From Histomonas meleagridis 2922-C6/04-290x (Eukaryota; Protista; Parabasalia), in contig JAANOX010000126.1 of the NCBI GenBank assembly GCA_020184695.1, positions 372,001-436,000 of the forward strand: a stretch of 64,000 nucleotides of DNA, in the 5' to 3' direction. Positions 25,337 through 37,070 of the stretch are shown one piece after another; within the stretch, counting starts at the first letter, position 1, and each line of letters opens with the position of its first letter. The translations under genes and the position numbers were made by a program. Below the pieces are notes generated by a model. The model had not been told where the DNA came from. It did no database searches and saw nothing but the letters and a program-made list of their open reading frames with translations.

Positions 25337-26377
25337 ATGAAAGCAATTGTATACGAAGAAAAAGGAAAAATTGCATTACAAAACAGGGAAATTCCTAAAA
25401 TCCAAGACGAAAAGGATGCAATAATAAAAGTAACCCTTACTACAATTTGTTCAAGTGATATTCATATTAAACATGGTGCTGTTCCACGTGCTGTACCTGG
25501 AATAATACTTGGACACGAATTTGTGGGTGAAGTTGTTGAAGTTGGTAAAGGTGTAAAAAAGCTTAAGCCAGGTGATCGTGTATCAGTTAATTGTGAAACT
25601 TTTTGCGGCGAATGCTTTTTCTGCAAGAATGGTTATGTTAACAACTGTACCAACCCAAATGGTGGTTGGTGTCTTGGGTGTCGGATTGATGGTGGTCAAT
25701 CAGAATATGCACGTATTCCGTTTGCTGACAATTGTCTTACAATTATTCCACCACAAGTAACTGATGAGCAAGCTCTTTTTGTTGGTGATATTCTATCAAC
25801 CGGATATTGGGCTGCACGTATTGGCGAACTCAAACCAGCTTCTACCGTAGTTGTAATTGGTGCTGGTCCAACAGGCCTTTGCACTATGCTTTGCGCTCGA
25901 CTTTACAGCCCATGTACCATAATTGCAATTGATATTGATGAACATCGATTATCACTTTCAAAGGCTCGTGGCCTTTCCGACATCACCCTTGTACCTGGTA
26001 AAGATGATATTGTTACCCGAGTGCTTGCAGCAACTAATGGCCGTGGTGCTGATACTGTTTTTGAAGTTGCAGGTGGAGATGATACATTTGAACTCTCATG
26101 GAAAGTTGCACGTCCGAACGCAATTGTTGTCGTTGTCGCTATGTATGAAAATAATCAAACGATTCCACTACCACAAATGTATGGAAAGAATCTTACATTT
26201 AAGACTGGTGGTGTTGACGGAAGTTTTTGTGATGAAATAATGGAACTCATATCATGCGGTAAAATAGACGCAAGTTTCTTGATCACGCATAGATGTACAC
26301 TTGAAAATGCTTTGGAAGCATATGATTTGTTTGAAAATAAGAGAGAAAACGTTCTTAAGTATGCAATAAAACCATAA
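25337..26377 (+). CDS. Zn-dependent alcohol dehydrogenase (MDR family, FDH-like), bacterial-type
   Basis: ICSSDIH, GHEFVG, structural Zn CGECFFCKNGYVNNC, GDILSTGY, GAGPTG. Confidence 0.93.
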   Translation: MKAIVYEEKGKIALQNREIPKIQDEKDAIIKVTLTTICSSDIHIKHGAVPRAVPGIILGHEFVGEVVEVGKGVKKLKPGDRVSVNCETFCGECFFCKNGYVNNCTNPNGGWCLGCRIDGGQSEYARIPFADNCLTIIPPQVTDEQALFVGDILSTGYWAARIGELKPASTVVVIGAGPTGLCTMLCARLYSPCTIIAIDIDEHRLSLSKARGLSDITLVPGKDDIVTRVLAATNGRGADTVFEVAGGDDTFELSWKVARPNAIVVVVAMYENNQTIPLPQMYGKNLTFKTGGVDGSFCDEIMELISCGKIDASFLITHRCTLENALEAYDLFENKRENVLKYAIKP

Positions 26378-26611
26378 TTTATATTTTGATTTAATAGTAG
26401 TGACTTTATTTTACGTAAAAATAAAATTTAAATCGGTTCATATTCCCCAGTGTACGTTAAGACATTTTTTTCAAATTTTCAGAGCTATATACACTTTTTG
26501 AAACAGAAAGGATATGTTAACATTAAAAAAGTTCAACTTATTCAATATTATGAAAAGTTTATTTTGCACAAAAAGTCCCACAATAGCACCGGAGTTGCAA
26601 GCAGTGTATTA

Positions 26612-27871
26612 ATGCTGGCTCTTTTCTTATATTATGCAAGCTCCAAGCTGAAACCAATTGTGCTAATTCCTGGTGCTTTTAGAAGCCGCCTTAATGTTAC
26701 CACAAATGTTCAACCAAAATGGTATTGTTCTAAGTCAATCAACGATGAACTTTTTTGGATCCGTCTTAAAAACTTCATCCCTCCATTTCTTGATTGTTTT
26801 CTCGACTTTCTTACTGTTAGTTACAATGAAACCACACATGAGCTTCAAAATAAACCAGATGTTAACATTTATCCAGATGATTTTGGAGGAGTTAATGGAA
26901 TTAGAGGCACAGGTCCTACTATTTTTGGAAAAACTGTTCCACCATATTACAATGAAATAATCAAATCTTTAGAAAAATTAGGATATCAAACAAGGAAAAC
27001 ATTATTTGGTGCACCATATGATTGGAGGTTTGGTGCTGCACAACCAGACGCATATTTCAACTCTCTTCGATCACTTATCGAAAACATTTCGAAACAAAAC
27101 GACAACGAAAAAGTTATAATCATTGCACATTCGCTTGGAACACAAGTTACGCATCGACTTCTCACTGAAAAAACCACAGCAGAGTGGCGCTCTAAGTATA
27201 TTGACTCCGCCACGCTCATAGCTCCATCATTTTCAGGTGCGAGTATGACATTTACTGGATATTGGAGACTCAACTCTAAATATATTTCTGTTTTCAAGCT
27301 TAACAAGATAAGGGCTCTTGCTAATTCTCTTGGAACCATTCATATTCATATTCCTCATACTTTAGGATATTCTAATACAACACTATTTGTCGATAGAAAT
27401 GGTATAAACCATATGGGAAGCGAGCTGATTGAAATCTTACATGAGAGAGAATATCTTTCTAACTATGATATGTTGATTGGAGAACAAAACTTCAAATTCT
27501 TAAGGAGATGGCCAATGAGTCCAGACGTTGACATAAATATACTATATAACAGTGGAATACAGACCGCCCTTGGACTTAACTTGTCGGAATGGAAAGAGTT
27601 CGGCAAGGAGATAAAGGTTCCAGGAGATGGACTTGTCGGCTCGGCGGTTACAGATTGGATATGTAAAAATTGGGGCGCCCCTGGTAAACGTCTCCAATGT
27701 AAAGATGTGAAATCATCCAGCATGAAATTCCAACATAAAAATTTGTTGTTTACAAAAGATTCGGTGAATATTATAATGAATTGGGTAAGAGAACAAAACG
27801 GACTAAAAATGAATCAAACTAAAAGTAATAATGAATATCAATCTAAAAATAAAAGGAAGGAAGATTTATAA
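26612..27871 (+). CDS. LCAT / lysosomal phospholipase A2-like acyltransferase
   Basis: PIVLIPG, LFGAPYDWR, IIAHSLG nucleophile elbow, PGDGLV, late His (FQHKNLL). Likely start MLALFLYYASS at 26612. Confidence 0.9.
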   Translation: MLALFLYYASSKLKPIVLIPGAFRSRLNVTTNVQPKWYCSKSINDELFWIRLKNFIPPFLDCFLDFLTVSYNETTHELQNKPDVNIYPDDFGGVNGIRGTGPTIFGKTVPPYYNEIIKSLEKLGYQTRKTLFGAPYDWRFGAAQPDAYFNSLRSLIENISKQNDNEKVIIIAHSLGTQVTHRLLTEKTTAEWRSKYIDSATLIAPSFSGASMTFTGYWRLNSKYISVFKLNKIRALANSLGTIHIHIPHTLGYSNTTLFVDRNGINHMGSELIEILHEREYLSNYDMLIGEQNFKFLRRWPMSPDVDINILYNSGIQTALGLNLSEWKEFGKEIKVPGDGLVGSAVTDWICKNWGAPGKRLQCKDVKSSSMKFQHKNLLFTKDSVNIIMNWVREQNGLKMNQTKSNNEYQSKNKRKEDL

Positions 27872-28561
27872 ATAAACTCTAAACATAGATAAGGTTAATT
27901 GTTTTTATGTATTAATGATCAAAATAATTTTTAGTGCTGCCTTGGAATTGTTTGGTATTTGATAAATTTTTGCTTATAAAGAAAATCATATATTTTTTTT
28001 TATGTAATCATGATTATTTAGGATGCTTAAATTTTATTTTCATTATTTTATATTTCGATATAATATTTGAAAATGATTTTAAATATTTAATACAGCACTT
28101 ATTTGAGCATCTGTAAATGCTCATACAAAAATATCTCAAATACTTCTTGAATATGAAGGAATCAATATTAATAATAATAAAGATATTTATTTTGATGATT
28201 TAAAGTTTCGAAATAATTATTTTTATGTACCTCGGATATGCAATTGATTCAGTTTTATTAATAAATTTTCACTAACAAAAATTGTTATTAGAAAAATAAT
28301 ACAAGAAAAACAAAAAATGTTTTTAGGAACTAACTTCTATATAATGTGGAATTGCTTTCACAGTATCTCGAAATCGTCCAAATATTGAGTAGAAAACAAT
28401 CGTTCGCTATTCAATTACCCTATCGCTTAGACACATTCTCATAACAGTCAATTACACAATGACACAATTTCGTGCGAAATCTCATTAATTTTGCACAGGT
28501 AATTTATTGAAAACGAAAACCATTTCATAATCTATATAAACATTTACATATAACAAGTCAA

Positions 28562-29668
28562 TTATTTTTTGTTTTCTTCTATATCTTCTTCCTCTTCTTC
28601 TTCTTCATATTCCAACTTTTCCAACTCTATATTTACTTTATCGACTTCCTTTGCCTTATCGAACCATTTACATTTAATGATCTCTTCGAACGTCGGCCTT
28701 TTTTTCGGGTCTTTCTGTAAAATATGTTTTATTAACTCAATCAAATACGGCGAAAAGCCTTTGTCTTCGGGAACAACCAACTCTTCGCTATTAAGAAGTT
28801 GCGTAACAGTGAAAACAGTACTCGCAACTGTTTTCCCTTGTCCCATTTCGAGCTTAAATGGCAATGAATTAAACATACAGCTGTACAAAGTGACACCATA
28901 TGCCCAAACGTCGGCAAGTTTTGGGTCAAATGCATCGCCGCCACATTCTTCAGGGGAAAGAAATGCAGGTGAGCCACGAGTGTCGAGAAGCTTTTGATCA
29001 GGAGTCTCTAGACGAGAGGAAACTGAAAAATCCGAGAGTTTAAACATGGTATCGGAAAATACTAATATGTTATCGGGCTTAATATCCCGGTGTACAATGT
29101 TTAACGAATGGATATAACGTAAGCTTTCGGCTATCTCAAAAAAGCATATGGATAAAATCTCTTCTGATGGCTTTTCGTTGTTGATATATGATTGTAATGT
29201 GCCTTTTTCGGCATATGGTAGTAATAAAATAAGAGAATTGGAACACTCATCTTCTATAACTTCTACAATTGGTAAGACATATCGATGAGAAATGGAAATC
29301 ATGATATCTATTTCACGATCGACTGCTAGATATGGTGGTTCTTCTCCCCCAAGTGTTTGGCGATAAAGACGCCTTTTGTTGTATACTTTGGCTGCACATT
29401 TTTCTCCTGTTTCTGTATGTTGTGACATGAAAACTCGACTCATGGCACCTTTAGCGATTTCTTTTTGGAAACTCCATTCGAATATTGTGGGGTTTTCATT
29501 CTGTAGGACAAAAGAAGAAAATGAACAAAAAGTTCTAACAGAAGATTGAACACTTTCGTCAGCTGATCTTTGAGTATTGGGCTTTTCTATTGGTGGTACA
29601 GGCGTAGGACCAAACTCTACTGTCTTTGCTTTGATTTTGTTGATTGCTCCAGAATGGAAACAACCCAT
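28562..29668 (-). CDS. Ser/Thr protein kinase, CAMK/CaMKK-like
   Basis: AAKVYNK, HRDIKPDN, DFS, GSPAFLSPE, ADVWAYGV. N-terminal MGC suggests myristoylation; acidic tail. Confidence 0.93.
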   Translation of the reverse strand: MGCFHSGAINKIKAKTVEFGPTPVPPIEKPNTQRSADESVQSSVRTFCSFSSFVLQNENPTIFEWSFQKEIAKGAMSRVFMSQHTETGEKCAAKVYNKRRLYRQTLGGEEPPYLAVDREIDIMISISHRYVLPIVEVIEDECSNSLILLLPYAEKGTLQSYINNEKPSEEILSICFFEIAESLRYIHSLNIVHRDIKPDNILVFSDTMFKLSDFSVSSRLETPDQKLLDTRGSPAFLSPEECGGDAFDPKLADVWAYGVTLYSCMFNSLPFKLEMGQGKTVASTVFTVTQLLNSEELVVPEDKGFSPYLIELIKHILQKDPKKRPTFEEIIKCKWFDKAKEVDKVNIELEKLEYEEEEEEEDIEENKK

Positions 29669-30179
29669 TTGATTTCCGTTTTTTTGCTTTGGAATTTTTT
29701 GTATTGTTTATCTTTTCAAAAGTGTTTCCCAATTCAAAAAACGTATTCATCTGGGATAAAATCTCATTTCTGAATTTTTCAAAGAAATTATTTGTAATTG
29801 AATTTTGACGTTCAAGTTGACATCACTAGATTCTGAAATTGTAATGCCCCAAATGTTTTAAAATTTGTACATTTATCAAATAAATTCGATCATGTAAATA
29901 TTCTGTTGTTTCTTAAATATTTGATCCCTCTTATGGAATTCTATAAAAATTTATTGAAAAATTGGTTTTGTTCTTAAGGTTGCTCAAAAATCTCTAAAAT
30001 ATGGCACAATATGTATTTGTACATAAGTTTTGTTTGAGTTTGTGATCTAAAAATCTCAGAAACAAAGTAGAATCAATTTTTTGGAACTTAACATTATATG
30101 GCAATACATATGTATATAAGATAATCATCAAATTTATAATAAATTTAAATATATCAGTTATAAATAAATATTTTTATTT

Positions 30180-30764
30180 AATGAATATTTTGACAACATA
30201 TTAGAACATTCTTATGAAGTTCAAAATCGTTCTTTGAAAGCTCTTCATGATTATTTAGAAAAAAATCGTCTATAATAAAAGTTTCACTAAATGTATCTTT
30301 AGAATCACTTTTCTTATTTTCCGTTTTTGTTACATAACGTGAGAAATCTTTTGATAGGATATTTATTATTATATTTACATTATTAAAGAATTTTCAATCA
30401 TTTTTTCTCTCATATAATAATATGCTTCTTGTGAATTAAAATTTAATGAATATTTAAATAAAAATTTTTGAAATTTTGAGATTGTTTTGATTTCTTCTTC
30501 TTTTTTCATAATTGTAAACAAATAATTTAAATATACATCAATTGATTTAACTTGGTATGAAAATGCAATATTAACCAAAATGAATAAAACATGATTAAAT
30601 GAATATGGAAAATTTTCATCATATATATTCATTGTTTGTGAAACTGATAAAACAAAATTTTTTTCAGTCAAATCGAATACAATTTGCTCAAGGGTTAGTA
30701 GTTTTTGCATACACATTGATTGACTCTTTGAAGCTTCGTTTTTCGCAAACATATTCGCTATCAT
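30180..30764 (-). pseudogene. Truncated N-terminal fragment of a DUF3447-ankyrin paralogue
   Basis: IDVYLNYL..NSQEAYYYMREKMIE matches IDIYLNYL..KSQEAYYIIEKMIE of gene B. Downstream EELSKNDFELHKN matches ERLSSNNFALHKH, but is broken. Confidence 0.7.
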
Positions 30765-30809
30765 TTATTAAAATAATGAATAAATAAAAATTGTTCTTAA
30801 AACATGTTT

Positions 30810-31000
30810 ATTTATACCTGACTTATAAATTTTTCTTCTTTGAAATTATCTGCAAATGGATCTTCTTCTGTTTTTCCATTATTAATCCCAACTGAAAATT
30901 TATTAACTGTTTCATTTATATCATTATTATCATTACAAATACAATAATTATTACAATGATAATTAATGTATTATTATCATCAATGTTTATTATTACATCT
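30810..31000 (-). pseudogene. Remnant C-terminus of a BspA-like surface protein
   Basis: TM-like NNTLIIIVIIIVFVM, then in another frame GKTEEDPFADNFKEE, similar to the tail at 9802. Confidence 0.6.
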
Positions 31001-31849
31001 TCTAAAAAGAACCAGAAAAGAAATCTGAATAATAAGTAAAATATTCTGGATAATATATAATTGTATAATTATAATATATAAAATCGACATAAATATTTAG
31101 TTTCAGATTCAATGAAAGTAACTGAATAAGATTTTAAGAAAGTATAATAATAAGTTGATAAAGTTTTTATTAACAATAAAGAATAAGTTAAAGTATAAGC
31201 ATTAATGAAGGAAAATGTTTTAACTTAATATTATTATAAATCAAATAACTTTTATAAAAATATTTAATAAATAGAAAAAGAATGCTAAATATAATTAAAA
31301 TTGAAATAACATACAAATTGTTATTTGTTGATTTAAATATGTAACAAAAGAAATTCCTCAATAAAAAGTAAAAAATTTTTACTTTATTCATTATATAAAT
31401 ATCAAACTAAAATGAATTTTTTTTATAGAATAAATAAAGTAATTTTTAGAAGAAGAAGTTAGTACGAAACATTTTATAAATATATCAAATCGTTTCATAT
31501 AAAAAGGACTCTGTTAACAGACGATAATATTTTATGAAATCTTTATGAATCTTTTCATCTTAGAAGAAGAAATCAAAGAATAAATTGTGTAAACTTGTTT
31601 TAATATTAGAATAACAGTGGAATCTAATGTTCATATAAGAACACATTTCTTTAATTGCTTTTAAAAGGCCATCCATTACATCTTTTTGGCATTATAAAAA
31701 TGATAAACGATTAAGTGAACGGATCACAATTGTATAAAAAATCCATGCCTTTCTTTTTTGTTTGGGTTCACTTTGATCTATAAATCACTTCTTATTATAT
31801 TTTCTAAAAAGAATTTAATATAAAAATGAATTTTCTGTCACTTTTTTAA

Positions 31850-32710
31850 ATGAAGAAAGAAAAAGACCCGAACCCTTATGTATCTTATATTCCTTTTATC
31901 TACGATACCATGAAAAACAGAATCAAGACCATGAATACTTTGATTGAGTTATTTAGTAATTTTACTGCAGAAATATCAAAAATAATACAATCACTATCAG
32001 ATAAAAAGAACAACCTTTTAATTGGGAAAGGTGATGACCAAGCATCTCTCCAAGCCTCACTTTTTAAAAATTTATTTTCCATGGCAACATTTCAAAATTT
32101 ATCTTCATTAAATCAATTTGCACATTTTATTGAAAACAACATAACCATTCCTCTAAAGTTAAACAGGTCTCGTATTCAAGATCAAATCACTCAGATTCAA
32201 AGTAATTTTAATGCATCTCTCAAAATCCTCAAAGAAAAGCAAAACCATTACAATGAACTTCTTACACTTTACAGACAGCGATGCCAACATTTAGAAGAAG
32301 CACCACCAGATAACTTAGATCTTGTCAATAATATATCGTCATCAATAAAAGAAGTTGAACAACAAATTATACAACAAAAAGAAGAGCTTGAAAAGGAAGA
32401 AAGATTGTTTGCACTTACACAAGAGAGTTCTATGCGCGAATTTGAAGATTCTGAACAAAAATTTTATGAACTTTTTGACACATGCATAAATTTTTATAAT
32501 AACACAATCGAAATATTTACAAATTCTTGTTCAAAGAATGTCGAACTTGTAACAATAGAAGCAGTAGAATTAGCATTGAACAATGCTCCGCAAATGAACA
32601 TTAATACAAATGTCGATTTGATCCAAAGTGAAATAGAAAATGAATTTCCAATGCCAGAGCTGACGTTTGACATTCATGAATTTGTAGATCCAAAAGAAGT
32701 GCATACATAG
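31850..32710 (+). CDS. Coiled-coil protein, FCH/F-BAR-like, possibly truncated at TAG
   Basis: Helical 286 aa with F-BAR-like pattern (MKNRIKTMNTLIELF..ISKIIQSL). The frame stays open for about 50 codons after TAG 32708-32710. Confidence 0.45.
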   Translation: MKKEKDPNPYVSYIPFIYDTMKNRIKTMNTLIELFSNFTAEISKIIQSLSDKKNNLLIGKGDDQASLQASLFKNLFSMATFQNLSSLNQFAHFIENNITIPLKLNRSRIQDQITQIQSNFNASLKILKEKQNHYNELLTLYRQRCQHLEEAPPDNLDLVNNISSSIKEVEQQIIQQKEELEKEERLFALTQESSMREFEDSEQKFYELFDTCINFYNNTIEIFTNSCSKNVELVTIEAVELALNNAPQMNINTNVDLIQSEIENEFPMPELTFDIHEFVDPKEVHT

Positions 32711-32967
32711 GAAATATTTGAATTTTTGATTTGTAAAAATTTATTCGTAAAATTATTACACATATTTAAATTTCCTTATGCATGTTTGATTTGTGTTAAA
32801 TGGAAGATTTCTTGTGGGCTTGGAGTCAAGAAATGCAAAAATAGGCACTGACCAAATAACATATCAAAAAAAATTGTGAATCCGTTTTTTACATCACAAT
32901 TCGTGGAATACGTTTATATTCGATATTGATTTTATAATAAAATAAAATAATTTGTGTATATTTTTTA

Positions 32968-35560
32968 TTATAATCTATTTGTTTTGTTTGTATTATTCCT
33001 AAGTATTTCTACTATTTCTTTTTGGCCATTTTTTGATGCTTTCATAAGTGCTGTTTCAAACATTTTATATAATTTCCAAATATTATTTTAAAATAAAAAA
33101 TTATTAAAATAAACATTAAAGAAAGCAAATAAATATCTTTAGCATTAATATCAATTCCTTCTTTTTCAAGAAGTATTTCTACTATCTCAGCATAATCATT
33201 TTCAGATGCAGTCATTAGTGCTGTTTCGAAGATTTTTCATAAATTTCAAATATTATTTTGAAATATTAAGTTATACAAATAAAATTTAAACAAAATAAAA
33301 CAACATTTTTAGCATTAACATCAATTCCTTCTTTTTCAAGAAGTAATTTAACTATATCTTTTTCACCATAAAAAGATGCTTTTATAAGAGCCGTTTCAAA
33401 TAATTTAAATAAATTCCAAATATTATTTTGATATATCAAATATTGAAAACAAATTTTAAATAAAATATACGAATATTTTTTGCATTAACATCAATTCCAT
33501 CTTGATTAAGAAGTAATTTAACTATTTCTTTTTGATTATTATTCGATGCATAAATGAGTGCTGTTTCAAAGATTTCGAATAGTTCCCAAATATTATTTTA
33601 AAATTGTATATTTTTAAAATTAATATAGAAAAAAATAATTAAATATCTTTCATATTAACATCAATTCCTTCTTGTTGAAGAAGCATTTCAGTTATTTCTA
33701 TATGTCCAAATCTAGATGCATTAATAAGTGATGTCCTAAATGTATGAAATAATTTTCATATGTTAATATGAAATTTCGAATAAATAAAATAAATATCAAC
33801 TAAAACATAATAACATCTTTAGCATTAACATCAATTTCTTTGTGATTAAGTAGTAATTTAACTATATCTTTTTTATTATTTTCTGTTGCTATAATAAGTG
33901 CTGTTTTAAACAATTTAAATAATTTTTAAATATTATAATGTAACATGATATGATTTATATCAATATAAAATAAATTAAATAAATATCTATTGAATTAATA
34001 TTAATTTTATCTTGTTTAAGAAGTAAATTTACTATATCTGTTTTGCCTTTATCAGATGCAACAAGAAGTGATGTACAAAACAATTTATATAAATTCCAAA
34101 TAAATTTTTAAAATATTAAATTATTAAAATTAAAATAAAACGAAGGAAGTAAAAATTTTTAGCATTAATATCAATTTCATTTTTCTTAAGAAGCAAATTT
34201 ATTATTTCTATATTACCTTTTTCGGTTGCATATAAAAAAGCTGTTGTAAATATTTTAGGTAATTTCCAAATGTTATTTTGAGATAATAAACAATAAAATA
34301 AAATTTCATAAAAAACAATTAAACGTTTTTAGCATTAACTTCGACACCTTTTTGTTCAAGAATATATTCAATGAGTTCAATATTTTCAGATTTTATTGAT
34401 TCAAACAAAATTCCTGGAGGTGTGTAACAATAGTTATTGAGAAAATATTGAACCAAATATAAATTACCGATTTTTGCTGATACATTAATATTGCAATTAT
34501 TAAGTATCATTCCTTTTTCTACCAAATATGTGATTATTTCATAATTTCCACTAATAATACAAAAGTAACACAAATAATTAAATTTTTTTTGCTGAAATAT
34601 CTGCTCTTGAGTCAAATTTTGATCGAAAAATTGTTTTTCGAATATAAAAATTTGAAATTTATCAACAAAATTATTAAATTTTTCTAATTCATTTTCGTAA
34701 ATATATTTGAATATATCATTTTGATGAAATTCTATTGCTGTTTCATATGCATTTTCAAATGTTGAATGATTTTGTTCACACAAATGAATAATCTCCAGAT
34801 TTCCTCCTGCAACTGCATATTTACCTGCGTTATTGACATTCGCTCCATTTGATAATAAAAATTTAAAACATTTTACTGATCCAAAAAATGCTGAATAATC
34901 AATTAATGTAACATTTCCTTCATTAATCAATGAACATCTTTCATAAAGTGATGGTTTAATTGTTTGATTAAAGTTAAAATTTGTTTGTGCTGATATTTCT
35001 TGAAGTTTTTCTACTTCATCATTTCGAATTATTTTTGCTATTTCATATGGATTATGTCCTTCTTTAATGTAGTGCTTATGAAGCGCAAAATTATTCGATG
35101 AAAGTCTTTCATATTCATCCCAAAAATCTCTGAAAAAAGGATCATTGTAATTCTTAATTTGGTTTTCATTCTTTGTCTTGTAATGTGCGAAATATAAAGA
35201 TCCAATATTTTCTGTTCTACTTTTATCAATTAAATTTAGTTCAATCATTTTTTCAATGATATAATATGCTTCTTGTGATTTTATTTGAGAGATATACATT
35301 GCAAAAATATCAATAATTGAATTATAATTCTTTTGGATTTGAATTAGATAGTTTAAGTATATATCAATTTCGTTATTTGGAGATAAAATGTGAAAGTAAA
35401 TTAAATTACATAGAGCAGTATGAAAAGAAGTTGGATGACTTATATCCAAAAAACACATTGTCTGCTCAATTGATGATTCAATGTTTTTATTACTTAAATT
35501 TGATATGATATACTGAAGTCTTAACATTAATTCAAGTTCGGCAAACTGCGAGTTGTTCAT
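32968..35560 (-). CDS. DUF3447-type plus ankyrin-repeat gene B: 8 hairpins each interrupted by four 17-nt spacers
   Basis: Open from 35560 to ...GVEVNAKN. Eight 77-nt blocks start at 33058, 33228, 33398, 33568, 33738, 33908, 34078 and 34248 (exact 170-nt period). De-spaced hairpins, 5' to 3': NEIGTTAF, NYNGCTSL, DYHKKTAL, DDEERTSL, DYTGETAL, NKDGETAL, NKNEETAL, DNFGETAL. Stop at 32968-32970. Confidence 0.88.
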
Positions 35561-36059
35561 TCTGCCATTTGTTCAAATTAACCGCATTCATGAACGATAG
35601 ATTACATCACTTTATACGAGCATCCCCGAAGTACAACAGTACTTAGAGTTGTTTTTCAGAATTTAAAAATATACCAAAATGAAGATATTGATAATTCCCT
35701 CATTAAATTTCATATAAAAGATATTTTTATATTAATGAATTTGTATAATTTAATAATTATAATATTATAATATTTTTATATAACTTGTTATATTCAGTAA
35801 TTATTAAAAATATAAAATATTATTCCAATTTAATACAAAAGTTTAGCCTTTGATTCATCAGGGAGCAAATGTACTCGATTCTTATACCGATCAAATTACA
35901 TAAAAGTATATCGTTCGAGTAAAGCTCACAATAGAGCGAAAACTTAATATCATGTAGATACTTATGAGTATAGTAATTATATTAATTGTAATTATTGGCA
36001 TTTTTATTTATACATACTCAAGCTATATTAAAAATCAATAATAAATAATCAATTATTGT

Positions 36060-36511
36060 TTATTTACTATTTGGATGATGTTCAGATTTTTCTTTAATGA
36101 AATGTACTGCTGAATTTGCAGTATCATCAATTGCATGGCATATTTTAGAGAATGCATCAGAAACTACATGAATCACATGTGATTTTGTATTTTGTCTACA
36201 CACTTTGTAGTAATATCGTCTGCAAGTTCAAATGCTTTATCAAATCCTTTTTTAGGTGGATTTTTATTTGTTGTTTCATTTTCGTTTTGTGATAAATTTT
36301 CGTTTTCATTTGGAATTGGAATACTTGTTTCTTGTGTATGTATCGGATTCTCATTCAATAATATGTCATTTTGATGCTATGGTTCATCTATGTCATCAAA
36401 CGAAATTAGATTTATGCCTTCAGTATTTTGAAATGGATTAATTTCTTCTGAAGTATTATTTTGTGTAATAGAATTTTCATTGTTTGAAATAAGAGGTGTT
36501 TCGAATGACAT
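36060..36511 (-). pseudogene. Disrupted small hypothetical gene
   Basis: MSFETPLISNNENS... has an in-frame TAG at 36377-36379 and a frameshift near 36180; the alternative frame continues HVVSDAFSKICHAIDDTANSAVHFIKEK. Confidence 0.5.
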
Positions 36512-37070
36512 TATTTTAAAAAATGAAGAAATTACATCAAATCAATTTCTGATTCAATATTTTCACCGTGCTACCGTTAAATGAAAAAATACCTTGTGGG
36601 ATATAAGAAAAAGTGGTACATGCCTTAGAATAAAATGTTTCTCCTTGAGCAAACCACATATTTCAATAATAAAATTATATCTCAAAAACTCATAGTAAAA
36701 AAACACTTACAATAAAATTTTGGTATATAAATAAAAATTTCAAATACTAAGTAATCAAACATTAATCTATAAATGTCATTGCAATATATTTAAGATTTGT
36801 TACGAAACAAGTAACATTCTAAGAAATGAATGAAACTAATGATTATAATTATTGTTATAAAATCACAGATATATATATATTATTAGTATCCAACAAAAAA
36901 TATGGTCAAAATAATATTATAGAAAGTAAATAAATTAATGTGTTATGCTCAAATCACAAGAAATTGTTTTTCAGAGAAATATTTTTTCGTTCCATCGAAA
37001 CTTGAAATTCAATACTTTATTCAATTTCAAAAACGATATAAAGTGAAGTGACATTAGGCCATTTGCTTTC

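Noticed and set aside
33058-33134. Treating each 77-nt block as one canonical (GT-AG or AT-AC) intron
   Set aside because: The ends are not conserved as GT/AG. Cuts at the conserved AC or occasional AG either frameshift or delete the DxxGxT hairpin. The four-spacer parse explains the conserved internal triplets and the 60-nt variant.
32968-34324. CRISPR-like or non-coding satellite interpretation of the 170-nt periodicity
   Set aside because: The conserved part encodes ankyrin helices with synonymous variation, and the context is eukaryotic with no cas genes.
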